In this document: piece by piece, positions 14,340 to 26,966 of the stretch
Layout: every line of letters begins with the position of its first letter
How positions within the stretch are numbered: the first letter of the stretch is position 1
NCBI GenBank assembly: GCA_964035545.1
Contig: OZ037765.1
Coordinates: 11,790,698 to 11,854,697, forward strand
Reading direction: 5' to 3'
Source of the DNA: Bugula neritina
Taxonomy: Eukaryota; Animalia; Bryozoa
Length of the DNA stretch: 64,000 bases
Made by a program: the position numbers and the translations under genes
Notes under the pieces: generated by a model
Seen by the model: only the letters and a program-made list of their open reading frames with translations
Database searches by the model: none
What the model was told of the DNA's origin: nothing

Positions 14340-14470
14340 AACATAAACGTCACCTTGACCATAATAATACATTTTTATGAGAAGGAAGTGAAAGTAGGCG
14401 TGACCTGAATTGGAAGGCGTGACCTTTGTAAAATAGAAACGCCGAGAATGCGTGTTAGAGTCAACATTGA
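14340..14470. promoter_or_regulatory. Candidate ABRACL promoter with tandem AGGCGTGACCT motifs
   Basis: AGGCGTGACCT at 14396-14406 and 14415-14425, GGAAGTG near 14384, and a local CpG increase. Confidence 0.4.
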
Positions 14471-16289
14471 AAAGATAACTCTTGGCATCCAATAATCCAA
14501 AACGACATTACAAATATGTACCAAAATAATTATAACTTGGTGTTCATAAAAATTGGCAAAAATGACCACTGATTTGTAATCAGTCGTATCTTTAGTTTTT
14601 CCAATATTTGACAGTGCATTCTCCTGTAAATTAATCTTAATTAATTGAACCTTGTTCTTAATGAGTCCCAATACTTATTAGAGATTCATGGAGTAGTTGT
14701 GAGACTTCTAAGTCAACCGGGTTAAAAAACCAACTTTTTCCATATGCTTTCACTGGTATTTAACTAGCCTTTGAACAAGAAGCAAAGAAGTGGATTTTAA
14801 CATGTATGTTTATGGCATGCATTACATGGAGCTCTAGGATTATAAATCTTGATTGTGAAGACACCACAAGGTAAAGTGCAAAGGTTTTCTTCCTGCTGTG
14901 AAACTTTCAATGCCGAAATTGGCACAACTGAGATTCGAGCCCCTAACCTATTGATTGAGAAATGTTTACTTTATAATCTACTGTCTTACTATGGCTCCTA
15001 GAGACGGATAGAAGACAACTCCATCATAATGACACTATAATATTTTGTATACTAGTAATGGAAAAGAATCTTACATTTGTAATGAGAAATCTGTTACACA
15101 CTCATTCATCGAGAGATATAATTTTCTCCCAGGAACAGGCAGCTCTGTCAACTATGTCTATCTATGTTTTAATTCTAAGCGTATAAAGTTTGAACCAATA
15201 GATTTTTAGCAGGCAACAATCTTAAAAAATGTTATTCACAGCATTATGTATTGACAAAATAGTGTAGCAATGTTAATGCTCTATTGATCAATTAAAAATG
15301 ATATGATACTGTAGTGGGATTAAAATTTGACACAACTTATCCAATCAGTGCAGTGTGGAATGAGCCCTTACTCACCAAACTAGTACCAAACCAACTCTAA
15401 AAAAAGAGGGCTAGATAATTTATAGCTCTGTTACACCTGTCATCTCTTACAACTAACCATGAAAAATCAGAGCCCTGAGATAGTTTTTAACAGAGAAATT
15501 TTTTTGCAGGCAAAACTTGTGTGTGCATGCAAATTAGAAGCAACAACATTTTTTTTCACTCAGCTTTTGAATAATTGCTTACTTTTACAATAATTTTTGC
15601 AAAGAAATGTGCTTGGTCAATTGTGAATCTATTTATTTTTATTGCAGTTGCTGTTGTACTCTATTATACTACACTAATAAAACAGTCATCTAATTTCACT
15701 GCTTTTAGATGTAGCTGGTTGTAAGTTGAATATTGTGCTCCCCATGGTCACAAAAGCCTAACTTCAAATATTTTAAAATTTAGCTTATGTTCACACAACA
15801 TTAAGGCTGTAAAAATATCAAAATGCATTGAAAGATAAAGACATTATAAATACTTATATTTTAGTAGTAAAATACTCTCTCTATAATGAAGGAAGCACAC
15901 ATGGCGTAAAACAACTGCTGAAGATAACTTAGTAGTTAGTGTCTAATTCAAAACTGAATTTCTTTCTTACTTGTGTATAACATGTATGATATATTTATAT
16001 GTCCTAATTTTTTCTATTATAATAATTATTTATATATTTATAGGAACTTGAATCACAGAAATTAGAAGTGAAAACTCTCAAATTTGATGACAAGAAAAGT
16101 TCTTGCAGTACTGCCATACTTTGAACCAAGGCAAATGTTTATTAAAGGCTAGCATACATTTCTTTGAACCAGAGTAGTGGCTAAAGACTGTTGATTGCTT
16201 AGCTTTGAAGAGCATTACAAGAAATGTTACTAAGTTTAGAGTTGTCACCTTTCTTGCGCTAATACAGACGGCATATAATAATATTATTT

Positions 16290-16540
16290 GCAGGCGTGAT
16301 AGCTATCAACACTTCGTGTCGAAAGCGAAGTGCCAGTAGTTGGCCAAAATAAGGGAGAGATCTTTTTCAATGACGTCTTTTATACCCGGAACTTCGGGCT
16401 TCGGTCGGCTAGCATCACCGAAGAGAAGAGGCATTTCATACGATTTCCTACAAGAAAACTAGACACTGTCGTTTGGTTTCAGGTTGATGCCAGTCATATC
16501 TACCAATTTGAACCTATATAATATATATTCATAACTGGTA
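16290..16540 (+). promoter_or_regulatory. Candidate ARPC2 promoter and first non-coding exon
   Basis: CpG-rich patch with a CRE-like TGACGTC near 16371, ETS CCGGAA at 16386-16391 and a donor-like CTG/GTAAAT near 16538. Confidence 0.45.
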
Positions 16541-16599
16541 AATCTAATATTAGTAGTTAGCCAAATATTTGCTTTTTTCTCTACTCATCGATTAAGCTA

Positions 16600-17720
16600 A
16601 AACGGACTTGATAACTAAAATTATTAATTGAAGTTGAACTTCGATTTGAGTTGAACTTGCAAAATGAAGTGCAATTTTAAATTAAAATTATAAAAATGGT
16701 CCAAGTCAATACTTGAAGTTGATGAACATAGTATTAGTATTGCTACTAGTTGTCACTTGGCCTTGTTACCTGTTACTTGTTAGTGTCATTACTAAAACTA
16801 GAAGTAGAAGTAAATATTTAATAAATTATTTATATTTTATTAAATCTAAATGGTTATACTACAAGTAGAAGTATAACTATTAGTATTACACTATTGATAT
16901 TACAATTAATTAGTAATAGTATTCCTGCTATTTGAATTGAATTTGAAGTTTAATGATATCATTATCATTAAATTAAATCATTAGAGTTTCAGTTTAGACA
17001 TAGTATAACTATAACTATAAGTATCACTCACTAGCAAACTAAAACTATGTCTATTATTATTAGTACTATTAAATATTATTATATAATATTAATTAAATGC
17101 TAGGATAAAAAATATTATAATAAATATGAATATCATCAATCTGAATCTGAGGTTGATGACAATACCAATACTTATTAGTGACTTTTAGTACTTATAGTTA
17201 TAGTTATTATAAATATAATTATTTAAGGTTGCTTATACTTATAGTTATAGTAATACTAATAGTTATTAGTTATTAGTATTACTATTAATATTACTATTAG
17301 TTCTAGTATTAGTAGTACTATTATTTTAATTATAACCGTAATTAAGTATAACATGTAACTTGTAAGTAATAATTAATAAATTATATACAATAATATAAAT
17401 AGTAGTAATTTAATAACAATAGCATAATGTAAATATTAGTAACACAACACTAATACTGATAGTTATTATAATAATTATATTTATTATATATTATACTTGT
17501 AGTTATAATTGAACTTGATGATTAAGTTTAATTATAATTATAAGTATAGTAGTTGATAATTGTCCTAACTCATAGTATTACCACTAGTGTTATTTAATTT
17601 ATGTTGATTATGACTGTAAGTGTAAATATGTATAAGTATTAGACACTGTAATTTTAGTACTAATAGTTATAGTACTAATATTAGTTACACTTATAATAAT
17701 AATTTTAAATCAACTGTCAA
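16600..17720. repeat. Degenerate 6-bp-periodic AT-rich tract (inferred ARPC2 first intron)
   Basis: cttatacttatagttatagtaatactaatagttattagttattagtattactatt (about 17232-17286). Confidence 0.7.
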
Positions 17721-17893
17721 GTCACATTGATACTATAGGGCCTAAGGGGCAATATGTATATGTAGTTTTACTTTAACATGTTCTCATTCATACTACATAC
17801 AAGTAGTGATAGTCGCACTTGGAGACTCTCACCTTGTTAGTATTGCAGACGCAGTGATAGCTTGGAATCAAAGTTCAGTATAACAAATTCAAG

Positions 17894-20800
17894 ATGATCC
17901 TTTTGGAGATAAGAAACCTTATAGTGGAAGAGACTCTATTACAAAAATTTGAAAACGCAGCTGCAAAGTAAGCAACAAATTGAAATTAAATGTTACTGTT
18001 ATTTTTAGGATATTTTTTATCACGAAATACCATTGAATACCTTTCAAGATATTGAACAGTTAGTTCTTTGGGCAATCAACTATGATTTTAATACCATTAT
18101 ATATATTTAAAAGGTATTGTAATTAGTTGACAACTAAAATGTATTGAAGTAGTTACTTTTTATTTTATCATTTTGATTAATAATATATATTAATTTTCAA
18201 GTGACTAGAGCTAAAGTTATCAATAAATATTTTTGGGTACTTGACTGTTTAAATCGATATTACATAATTTGGACTTTATATTGACCATGATTTAAATTGA
18301 TTTGGCTAGCCATTGAATTGATATGCTGTGATTTTGATATAGCCTTTTTGTGAAACTGTATCAAATTTGTCTCGAAGGATATTCATAACGGTGCTAGTTG
18401 TTTTAAATATTTTGTAAATTATTCACATCCGGTATACATGTAGCTGTCAAGTAGGGAATATCCATCTGATTGTTTTTTTTTAATTTTTCAAAATTACTTA
18501 TCCGTAAAGCTATTAAAAGTTACAAGCAAAGCACATTTTTCTATCATTTTAATGTTTATCCATTTTTCTGGTACTATTTAATATGCCACTTTCATGTCTT
18601 CTGCTGAGTTAACTTGCATAATGCCATCAATAGGATATGTTGTACATTATAGTCAATTGAATAATAATATGAATCTGTGCCAGCTATTGATATAATAGAT
18701 TACAATTTTTAATAACTCATTGATGCCGTGGAGTTTAGCTGCCTCCTTAGGAGTTTAGTTGCAATTTAAAAAAATGTTGATCTAAATATATAAATATCTC
18801 AAATGTTTGCATAATTATTTTAGCTGTCATCAATTGCAATTTACATTGATTGTTTGGGCTTATAATTCATTGAAATATTTTAACACAAAAAAGTATATTC
18901 ACAAAATGCTTCTAGTTCTGAGTTTCATAGTTCGATTTAAACAAGAAAATATAGTTTTGTAATATTGTATGATATTTTAACCGATTTGTGTTCTAAGATA
19001 GATGGAGTTTATCGCATTATTATTGCATAACAATAACAACTAGTCTAAAAAAATATGCTCTTCAGACTTTTGTATTACCAAAAAATAACATTTTGTTGAT
19101 TTGCATATAAATTAAGCTTATACTATGTTGAATTTTTTGTATTTATATTACTGAATATTGTTGAATATAAATAATTTTAGGAATAAGCCTGATGCAGTAA
19201 ATGTCACAGTAGCTGACTTTGATGGTGTCCTTTACCATATTTCAAATCCTGATGGTGATAAGTCAAAATTGATGGTTAGCATTTCATTGAAATTCTACAA
19301 AGAGTTGCAAGATCATGGAGCAGATGAGGTATGTTTTTTCTAAGTTTTCTGTATGGGTCATTTTACTTAATTTAGTACATACTATACATCTCTCGTTTTT
19401 AGCCATTTTTCACAGTTTAACTGTTAATGTATGGTAGCCTCTTGTAATAAACTGGTATAATATTAACAAATACAGCTGAACAAGCAAGGATTTTTTTCTA
19501 ACTTTGCCTTGATTTTCTATCATTTATCCATAATTTTTTTAGTAAATTTGGGTGTGCGGTTGTGATGAAAAAAGTATCACACCCACACACTCAAATTAGA
19601 TTGAAAATTATGATAAAACATATAAAATTTAGCAAAATTAAGAAAAACTTTGCTTACTCAGCTGTATTTGTTACTATTATATCGGTTTATTGCAAAAAAC
19701 TATATACATTAGCTGCTAAACTGTGAAAAATAGCTGAAAACGAGAGATGTATAGTATGTACTAAATTAAGCAAAATAACCCATATTTTGGGTACAATATT
19801 CTTAACTCTTAACTCTTCAAGACTGATTTAATTGAAAGGATTGTCACAAGATGTTGTATTGCAAGTGGAGTCAAGTTCTGATATATAATTTTAGCTGATA
19901 CAGCGAGAGTATGCTGAGTACCTTACCTCCCCAGAAGATGGTGAGTGTTTGAGACATCAACCTGGAATTTCGTTTTAATGATTAACTTTTCTAGGACATT
20001 GTCACACCGGTGAATTGTTAATGTTAAAGCTTATGTTAATACTCTTATTTAAATTATCTTATCCTGTTCAGGTTACAATATCAGCATAATCTTTGATTTG
20101 GAAAAGTTGCCTCAGGACTATAAAGAGGCAGCTACCAAGGCAGCTCTGCTGAAAAGAAATTGTTTTGCTTCGGTATTTGAAAAGTATTTTCGGTTTCAAC
20201 GCAATGAAGAATCTGGAAAAGCTATGGCTGTGATTCATTATCGTGATGATGAAACTATGTAAATATGTACACAGCATACATTATATACATTTTTGATGTT
20301 GAAATGTTTTATAAATGTTTATTATCTAATACAAACTAGTAAAATTATTTTCTAAATTTTAGCATAAGTTTGATTTATATTATATTATTATAAGTTTATT
20401 ATTTCATGACTTTTTAGGTATGTTAATGCACAGAAAGACCGTGTCACAGTTATTTTTAGCACGATATTCAAAGATGATGATGATATTATTATTGGGAAGG
20501 TGTTTATGCAGGTAAGACAATCGAGATTTGTGTTCAATTTGACTCTGAGCCGAGACACACTGCATACTCATTGAAATTTATAAATCACCTAGGCTATCTT
20601 TTAGACATGAGTGTTGGATAAATAAGCTGTTTTTTGCTGCGCCCCGTGGTTGTTGCGTCAAGATTTAAAATTGATAACTGTTAAGTTATTATGCAATGAT
20701 TATAATTTAATATTTCAATACTTGTGTGACTTTTTAATGGTTATAGGAGTTCAAAGAAGGAAGGAGGAAGTTCCAGCAAGCGCCTCAAGTACTTTTTAGT

Positions 20801-21552
20801 CATAAAGAACCTCCAGCCGAACTCGCTGGAACGGATGCTGCAGTGGGAGATAATGTTGGCTACATCACATTTGGTATCTATACTAATATCCTACCTTAAA
20901 TGCTTATCATAATTCCGTTGCATGTATTGCCCACGTGATACGTGAAAAAATATCAAGACTGATTTATATCAATAAGTCCAAGACAATGAAGGAAGAACAT
21001 TTTTAAAAGTGACTTGTTTTTAAAAAACCAATTATTTTTTAAATGAATTTACAAATTAGACTATTTGTTAGTGGACAACAGTTGTCTATATTGGAACATT
21101 ATTTTGGAAAGTTTATAATATCCTCTTTATTTATAGTAATGTACCCTCGGCACATCAGTGAGCAGGCTCAAGATAATACCATCAATCTAATACATACGCT
21201 TCGAAACTATCTTCATTACCACATCAAATGTTCCAAGGTATGTTGGTACTTTCACAAATGTAAAATGTTATCATGTTGCAGTCCTATTGGTATATTTAAT
21301 AAAGTTCAATAAAAATAGTTGCATAATATGCTGAGTTTGTATTTCTTGTACTCTTTTTAGCTTAAGGTCTTGGAATTTAACTGCGCATTTGACCTGTTGA
21401 TCTATAAAACTTATTTGTTTTTATAGGCTTATATCCACCAATGCATGAGAGCCAAGACTACTGATTTTCTCAAAGTCCTTAATAGAGCAAGACCTGAGCA
21501 GCCTAAAACCGAGAAGAAGACATTTAGTGGAAGAAGCATGGCTAAACAGTAG
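17894..21552 (+). CDS. ARPC2: Actin-related protein 2/3 complex subunit 2 (p34-Arc)
   Basis: Exons 17894-17967, 19181-19328, 19895-19940, 20072-20258, 20418-20511, 20747-20873, 21137-21237, 21427-21552. MILLEI..., [64 protein letters not shown]. Confidence 0.97.
19352..19784. mobile_element. Fold-back element (MITE-like), near-palindrome of about 430 bp in an ARPC2 intron
   Basis: Left arm tatgggtcattttacttaatttagtacatactatacatctctcgtttt is the near-exact reverse complement of right arm aaaacgagagatgtatagtatgtactaaattaagcaaaataacccata. Imperfect pairing continues to a centre near 19570. Confidence 0.85.
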
Positions 21553-21985
21553 ATTTGAATTTCTTTGATTCTTTATTCCGCAATCCGAACATTTAAGATG
21601 AAAAAGTAACCTGAAATTTTCAGGGCAGAAGCAGATTAAGCTGTCAGTGCAGTAGAGTTTAAGCATTGAGACATTTGCTATTATAGTAATACATTATACG
21701 TATAGCGTTTTCTGATTTCTAAGATGTAATTATAATTTCCTATAAATATGTGATTTTCTCTACTTTGTATTAGAAATATGTATTTTAAATATTGCTAAAG
21801 TTAAAAGCAACCATTGCACTAAACAATTAAATACTTAACCATTATTTTGTATTTGGGAGAATAAAATAATGTTACAACCATTGTTGGCCATAATTTTCAT
21901 TTCTACTATAAACTATACATAAATGGAATCTCTTTCACATGTTACATCTTTTTTACAAATTTTAGAAAATAGCAGTTATCAAATT

Positions 21986-24186
21986 TTACAAAGGAAAGTT
22001 AGCATTTCGCTTGAATTTGAAATTTATGTCTGCTAATATGTATGAAAAATGTCTTCGTTTTGCATCAGTCAGTGTTTTATAGAGTTTGTTGTATCGTTCC
22101 GACTCAATGATGGCCTTATTTTTGGAAGACTTGGATTCAGGATCACGATATGAGAATGAGCTGCTGTAATGATCCCCAGATCTGGCCATGTTTGTTGATA
22201 TTACTAAAAACAAATAGTACATATTGAAATAGAATAAGCCTGATAGTATGGCAACGGTGTGAAAATGCATAAAGTGAGTGTTTCACTCAAAGTTGTGTAA
22301 GGACACAATCTCTGAAGACAACTTACAGCCAGGCCGACGACGGCGCAAAATAGGAAGACTCTTCTCTACTACAGGACTAGCTTCTTTTTTAGTTTCAGTA
22401 TCTGGTTCATCTTCCTCAGTGCTTGATCGTGGTCTGAGTCGAGGCCTGCCTCGCCGACGTTTCTTGAGCGTGTGACCATTTGATGTTTTAGTAGAGTTAC
22501 TAGTAACAGCACCAGATGAATCCGTAACCGCTTTGTTTTCTGCGGCAGCCTTTTTCTTAGCCTTTAAGTAAAGACAGAGCATCAGAAAAAACTAGACAAA
22601 ATTTCCCAATACTATCTAGCCAACAATACCATAGATGCATTAATAAAAGTTTTACATTTGCCTACAAGACTTTGAAAATATGAGGCAGCATCTAAACCGT
22701 GTTTCCAGCATGAATTAGTATAGTAGTAGTACACCAATGTTATTTAAAAATACTATTGCAAATATATTAAACAGCTAGTATTATAACCAACATGAAAATA
22801 AGCAGAAAAACAACTCCAAATTAATTGGCTCTATATATCAATAATTTATAGATCGATATGAGAAGGAACACATACACTGTTGGTGGCAGCCTGTCTGGCA
22901 AGTTTATCACTAGATAAGTGCAAAGAACTAAGATAGTATAAACTATTCATTGCAGACCTCCTCCTGGGCCTTCCATTTTCTTGCCGACCCAATTGAGAAA
23001 CATTTTCCGTTTTTTCTGCATCTTTAATAATTGAAAAAGAGTAATAAGTACACAAAGATAAGATATTAGCAATAACCAGCACTGTGAACATATTAAGCTG
23101 CTCAAATTTGCAAGTATTATTTAGCATTATATGTTATAAATTAGTCGAGTTTTTACATAAATGATATAACATAATAAATTTCTGGAAATACAGTCAACAT
23201 TATAATATCTGTATTGGTTTGAAAAATACCTAAATAGTTAAACATTTCAAGTTTGTTGAATGCATACCTTTGCTAGATGACTCAGCAACTGCCTTCACAA
23301 ATTTATGGCCACAAGGACATGTTTTGCATGCAACTGGTATCTAATAACATAATCATAATTTAGCATACAGGTATGTTCAACAACTAAGTATTGGTTTAGC
23401 AATTACAATTTATATATTTTTTACCAAAATAATTTAAATTGTATTTATGGTGAATTGCTCTGATTATATACATCCTATGCATAATCAAAAGGAGTGTTTC
23501 AAATATCACTCATTCAGATAGTTGAAAAAAAAACATTTTGAGGCCAGCTGAACTTGCTGCTTATAATTATACAAAATGGAACTGTGAGCTATCAAACTTG
23601 CAATAGCTGTAGAATACTCATTCTTAGATTTTATAGACTGTAGAGCCATTGATATTATAAAATACTGCTTAAATATATTCAATTATAAACAAGTACAATG
23701 ATTGACCAACTAGTTTCATTCAAGTGTTGCAGACAAATAAGTTTTTGGCAACCACTTGACATATTTTGTCCAAATAAAAAATATGGTTAGAGATCTCCTG
23801 CCACCAAACACTTTGTTGTATTCTATTCTACACAGTGCTTTGTACACAGTAAAAACACAATTTACAAAATGGAAAGAATAAGCAAAGGTGCATCAATAGG
23901 CTATCTCTAAAATGATGCATTTATGGGACACATTGTATCACCGTATTCATTTTTTATTAATCACATAATGTGGGTATGTCAAGCAAACTTTAGGCTACCA
24001 TATGATTGTATCATATGCATGCATTGCACATTCTCATTTAAATATATTGCTCACTAAAAAATAACAGCTTTACTCATGAACAAATATTATTTACCTTTCA
24101 AGTATAATGTAGGTTATCGAAAATTTATCATATTTAAGTAAAATGTTTACCAATTTTTTGCATGCAGGACAAAATTTTTGCACCAT
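21986..24186 (-). CDS. C16orf87: UPF0547 / C16orf87 homolog (N-terminal CxxC..CxxCxC zinc ribbon, basic GRP motif)
   Basis: Exons 24186-24151, 23340-23268, 23021-22876, 22561-22327, 22203-21986 join in frame: MVQKFCPACKKLIPVACKTCPCGHKF ... KKRRRGRPR ... LYKTLTDAKRRHFSYILADINFKF. Matches both conserved termini of the family. Confidence 0.85.
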
Positions 24187-25017
24187 AACTTTCTCTTGAC
24201 TTTCTTGATGACTGGTTAGGTCATAACGGCACCTGCAAAGTACATAAAAAATAATATATTATAAACTGGTGGCTAATGTATAAAGTTATGTTGATAAATT
24301 AAGGTACGTGTAGTAATGAAGAGATGCTGACTATAATATATCAATAATTGAATTGATTGAAATTCAAATTTGAATAAATATGCGAATCGAGCGACTAGGA
24401 TTACATTACAGATATAAATTTCCTATATTTAAAATAGTGAAAATTGCTGTGAAGAAAAAAAGTTGACATGATGAAAACTTTTCCATAGGTACCTGAGATA
24501 ACCAATTTAAAAGAAGTTTAGAGAAACTTAAAATATTCAGAAGAACCCAAAGTTTTGTTAATGAATTGACAGTTTTGTATTACTTAGAACTTTTATTTGT
24601 TATTTTTAATACATTAGCTCTAACTTTTTTAAAAGAGCTATATTTTACAAAAGCTATCAGTTATACAGTTATGTAGCTACACAGTTGATTCAAATAAGAT
24701 GGTGAATTTAAATACAAGCGGAGAACAAATGCTTTCTGAAAAAAATTCCAACTAAATTTTTTTACTGAATTTACAAATGATGAACGTTGATGAAATAATT
24801 ACTACCAAGTGTACCAGAAATTGGGAAAAGTATTAATCTTAATCCAATACACAGTGTATGCAGGTACTTACCATGCATCTGATAGCAACTAGTAGAGGTG
24901 AAGGGTTTGAAGATTTTCTTGGAGAACTCTTTGTTTTCATTGATTACACAGCTGAAGTAAGGCAGTTTCTATAACATTCAGTAATGGACACCTTAATCCT
25001 ACTAATGCTCTTGAAAC

Positions 25018-25157
25018 GGTTTCATCCCATTTAGACGCTTCCCAGACCCCACATAAAATGCATACATTAAACCAAAATAAATAAATAGCCATGTGGGAAG
25101 GGTCTAAGTGAAAAATTCAGCCTAGCCTCTGGGAAGCATCTATCTGGGATGACACTG
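25018..25157. mobile_element. Short MITE-like element with about 28-bp imperfect inverted ends
   Basis: catcccatttagacgcttcccaga ... tctgggaagcatctatctgggatg. A lone related arm (ctgggaagcatctatctgaaatgacac) is at about 4635-4661. Confidence 0.6.
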
Positions 25158-25479
25158 AAACAGCTATTGAAGCCAACTTTTCTGCCCTATGACACTCAAT
25201 AAATTCATTACAGCCAGTGTTAGAAAGTAATCACGATTCAGCAAGTGTTTGCTGACAACTATGAAAAATTAATTGGGTGTTATCCCTTTCGACTTTTTAA
25301 AAAATTGTAACTTGGCAGGATACAAATAACCAACTGTAAACATGAGAAAAATATATGATAATTAAAACAGCTTAAAATAAACAAGACCTGAATGGTTTTT
25401 TCTATACAGATATTTAATAAATAAAATGTTTAAAGCTAAACTGCATACCTCAATTTCTGGTTCTAAAGGTAAATCTCAA

Positions 25480-26700
25480 TCTACAAGCATATCTATATTG
25501 ATATTGACATTGGCATGATGATCATAATGATACTCCTGGTAAAAGCATTAGCAGAGTCAGCAAGATGTGATCGTCAATAGTAATAATCATAAAATAAAAT
25601 GTCACTCACGCTAACTCTAAGCAGAGCATTGCCATTAACTTAAACATGGAATAGCCCAATGTGCATTACTCTGAATTAGAATCGGTGAAAGTGATAGCCA
25701 TTACCACAACTATTAGTATTAGTATTAGTATCATCATTTATCATAATGATAATTGACATATAATGATAATCCTTTAACTTCAAGTATTAGCCTAGTATAA
25801 TATCAATAATAGCACTATAAGTATATTTATTGTATTAATAATTTATATTATAATACATCATTGATATAACTATATTTACGTTATAATTATTAATAAATTT
25901 AAATTATGTTATTATATATAATATTAATACTAATAGTAATAGTAATAGTAAGACTTAATAGTATTTAGTGTAACAAAATTCAAATTGAATGAAATTGAAT
26001 ATATAATAATAATTAGATAGTAAGTATTAGTATAACTACTACTACTAGTACTAGTAGTACTGTACTAGTACGAAATAGAATTAAGGTTAAACATACTGAT
26101 ACGGTTACCAGTATAACATCAAGTTTAACTATAAAATGTAAACTAAAAACTAATAAGTATAACATTAACTATAGGTGGATAGCTATAGTACAAGTATAAG
26201 TATAACTTAAACTATAAGTTTAAGAATAAGTAAATAAGTAATACACTATACAGTTAAATAGAATTATAATTAAGTAAATTAGTATAAGTATAAGTATAAG
26301 TATTACTATTAGTATTACTATTACTAATAGTATTACTGTTAGTGTTAGTATAACCATAACGGCATAAGTATCACATTTACTATTACTATTAGTATTAGTA
26401 TTATAATTATTATTAGTATTACTATTTCAGTATTTGTATTAGTATAACTATAACTTATACTTATAGTAATTCACTAATAGTAATACTAATAGTTATAAAA
26501 TTATCATTAAGTATAGGTATAGCTATAAGTATAAGATTAAGTATAACTATAACTATAAGATTAAGTATAACTATAAGTATCACTATAACTGTATAAGTAT
26601 AACTATAAGTATAAGTTTTATAATTTAAATTAAAATTAGTATATCACGACAGTAAAATTGAAAATACAAATTGAACTTGAAATAGTGATAGTCACAAATA
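25480..26700. repeat. Degenerate 6-bp-periodic AT-rich tract (inferred C16orf87 first intron)
   Basis: tataagtataagattaagtataactataactataagattaagtataactataagtat (about 26525-26580), directly after a minus-strand donor-like AAG/GTATTT near 26712. Confidence 0.75.
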
Positions 26701-26869
26701 CGTATAAAATACCTTTTATAGAGGCGCTTAATCGTAATAAATAACTGAAAACCCAAGTTTTATTTTTATTTTGAGCTGTCACAATGACAATGATTTAGAA
26801 GGAAATAAGCAATGGTAATAGTTGATACATTTTAGGTGAACAATGAACGTTCAAGTTCTCTAAAATCCT

Positions 26870-26966
26870 ATTATGATCTGCACAGAGTTATCCTACCTAT
26901 AAATGTATAAATGAAACGACTTATTATAATCTGTACAGAGTTATCCTACCTATAAACGAAACAACT
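26870..26966. repeat. Tandem duplication of about 55-60 bp upstream of C16orf87
   Basis: atctg(c/t)acagagttatcctacctataaa ... gaaac(g/a)actt occurs twice. Confidence 0.85.

Noticed and set aside
13801-14408. ORFs with alternating residues (MSLTITMTITM..., also 56641-56886)
   Set aside because: By-products of the 6-bp-periodic tracts; no splice or homology support.
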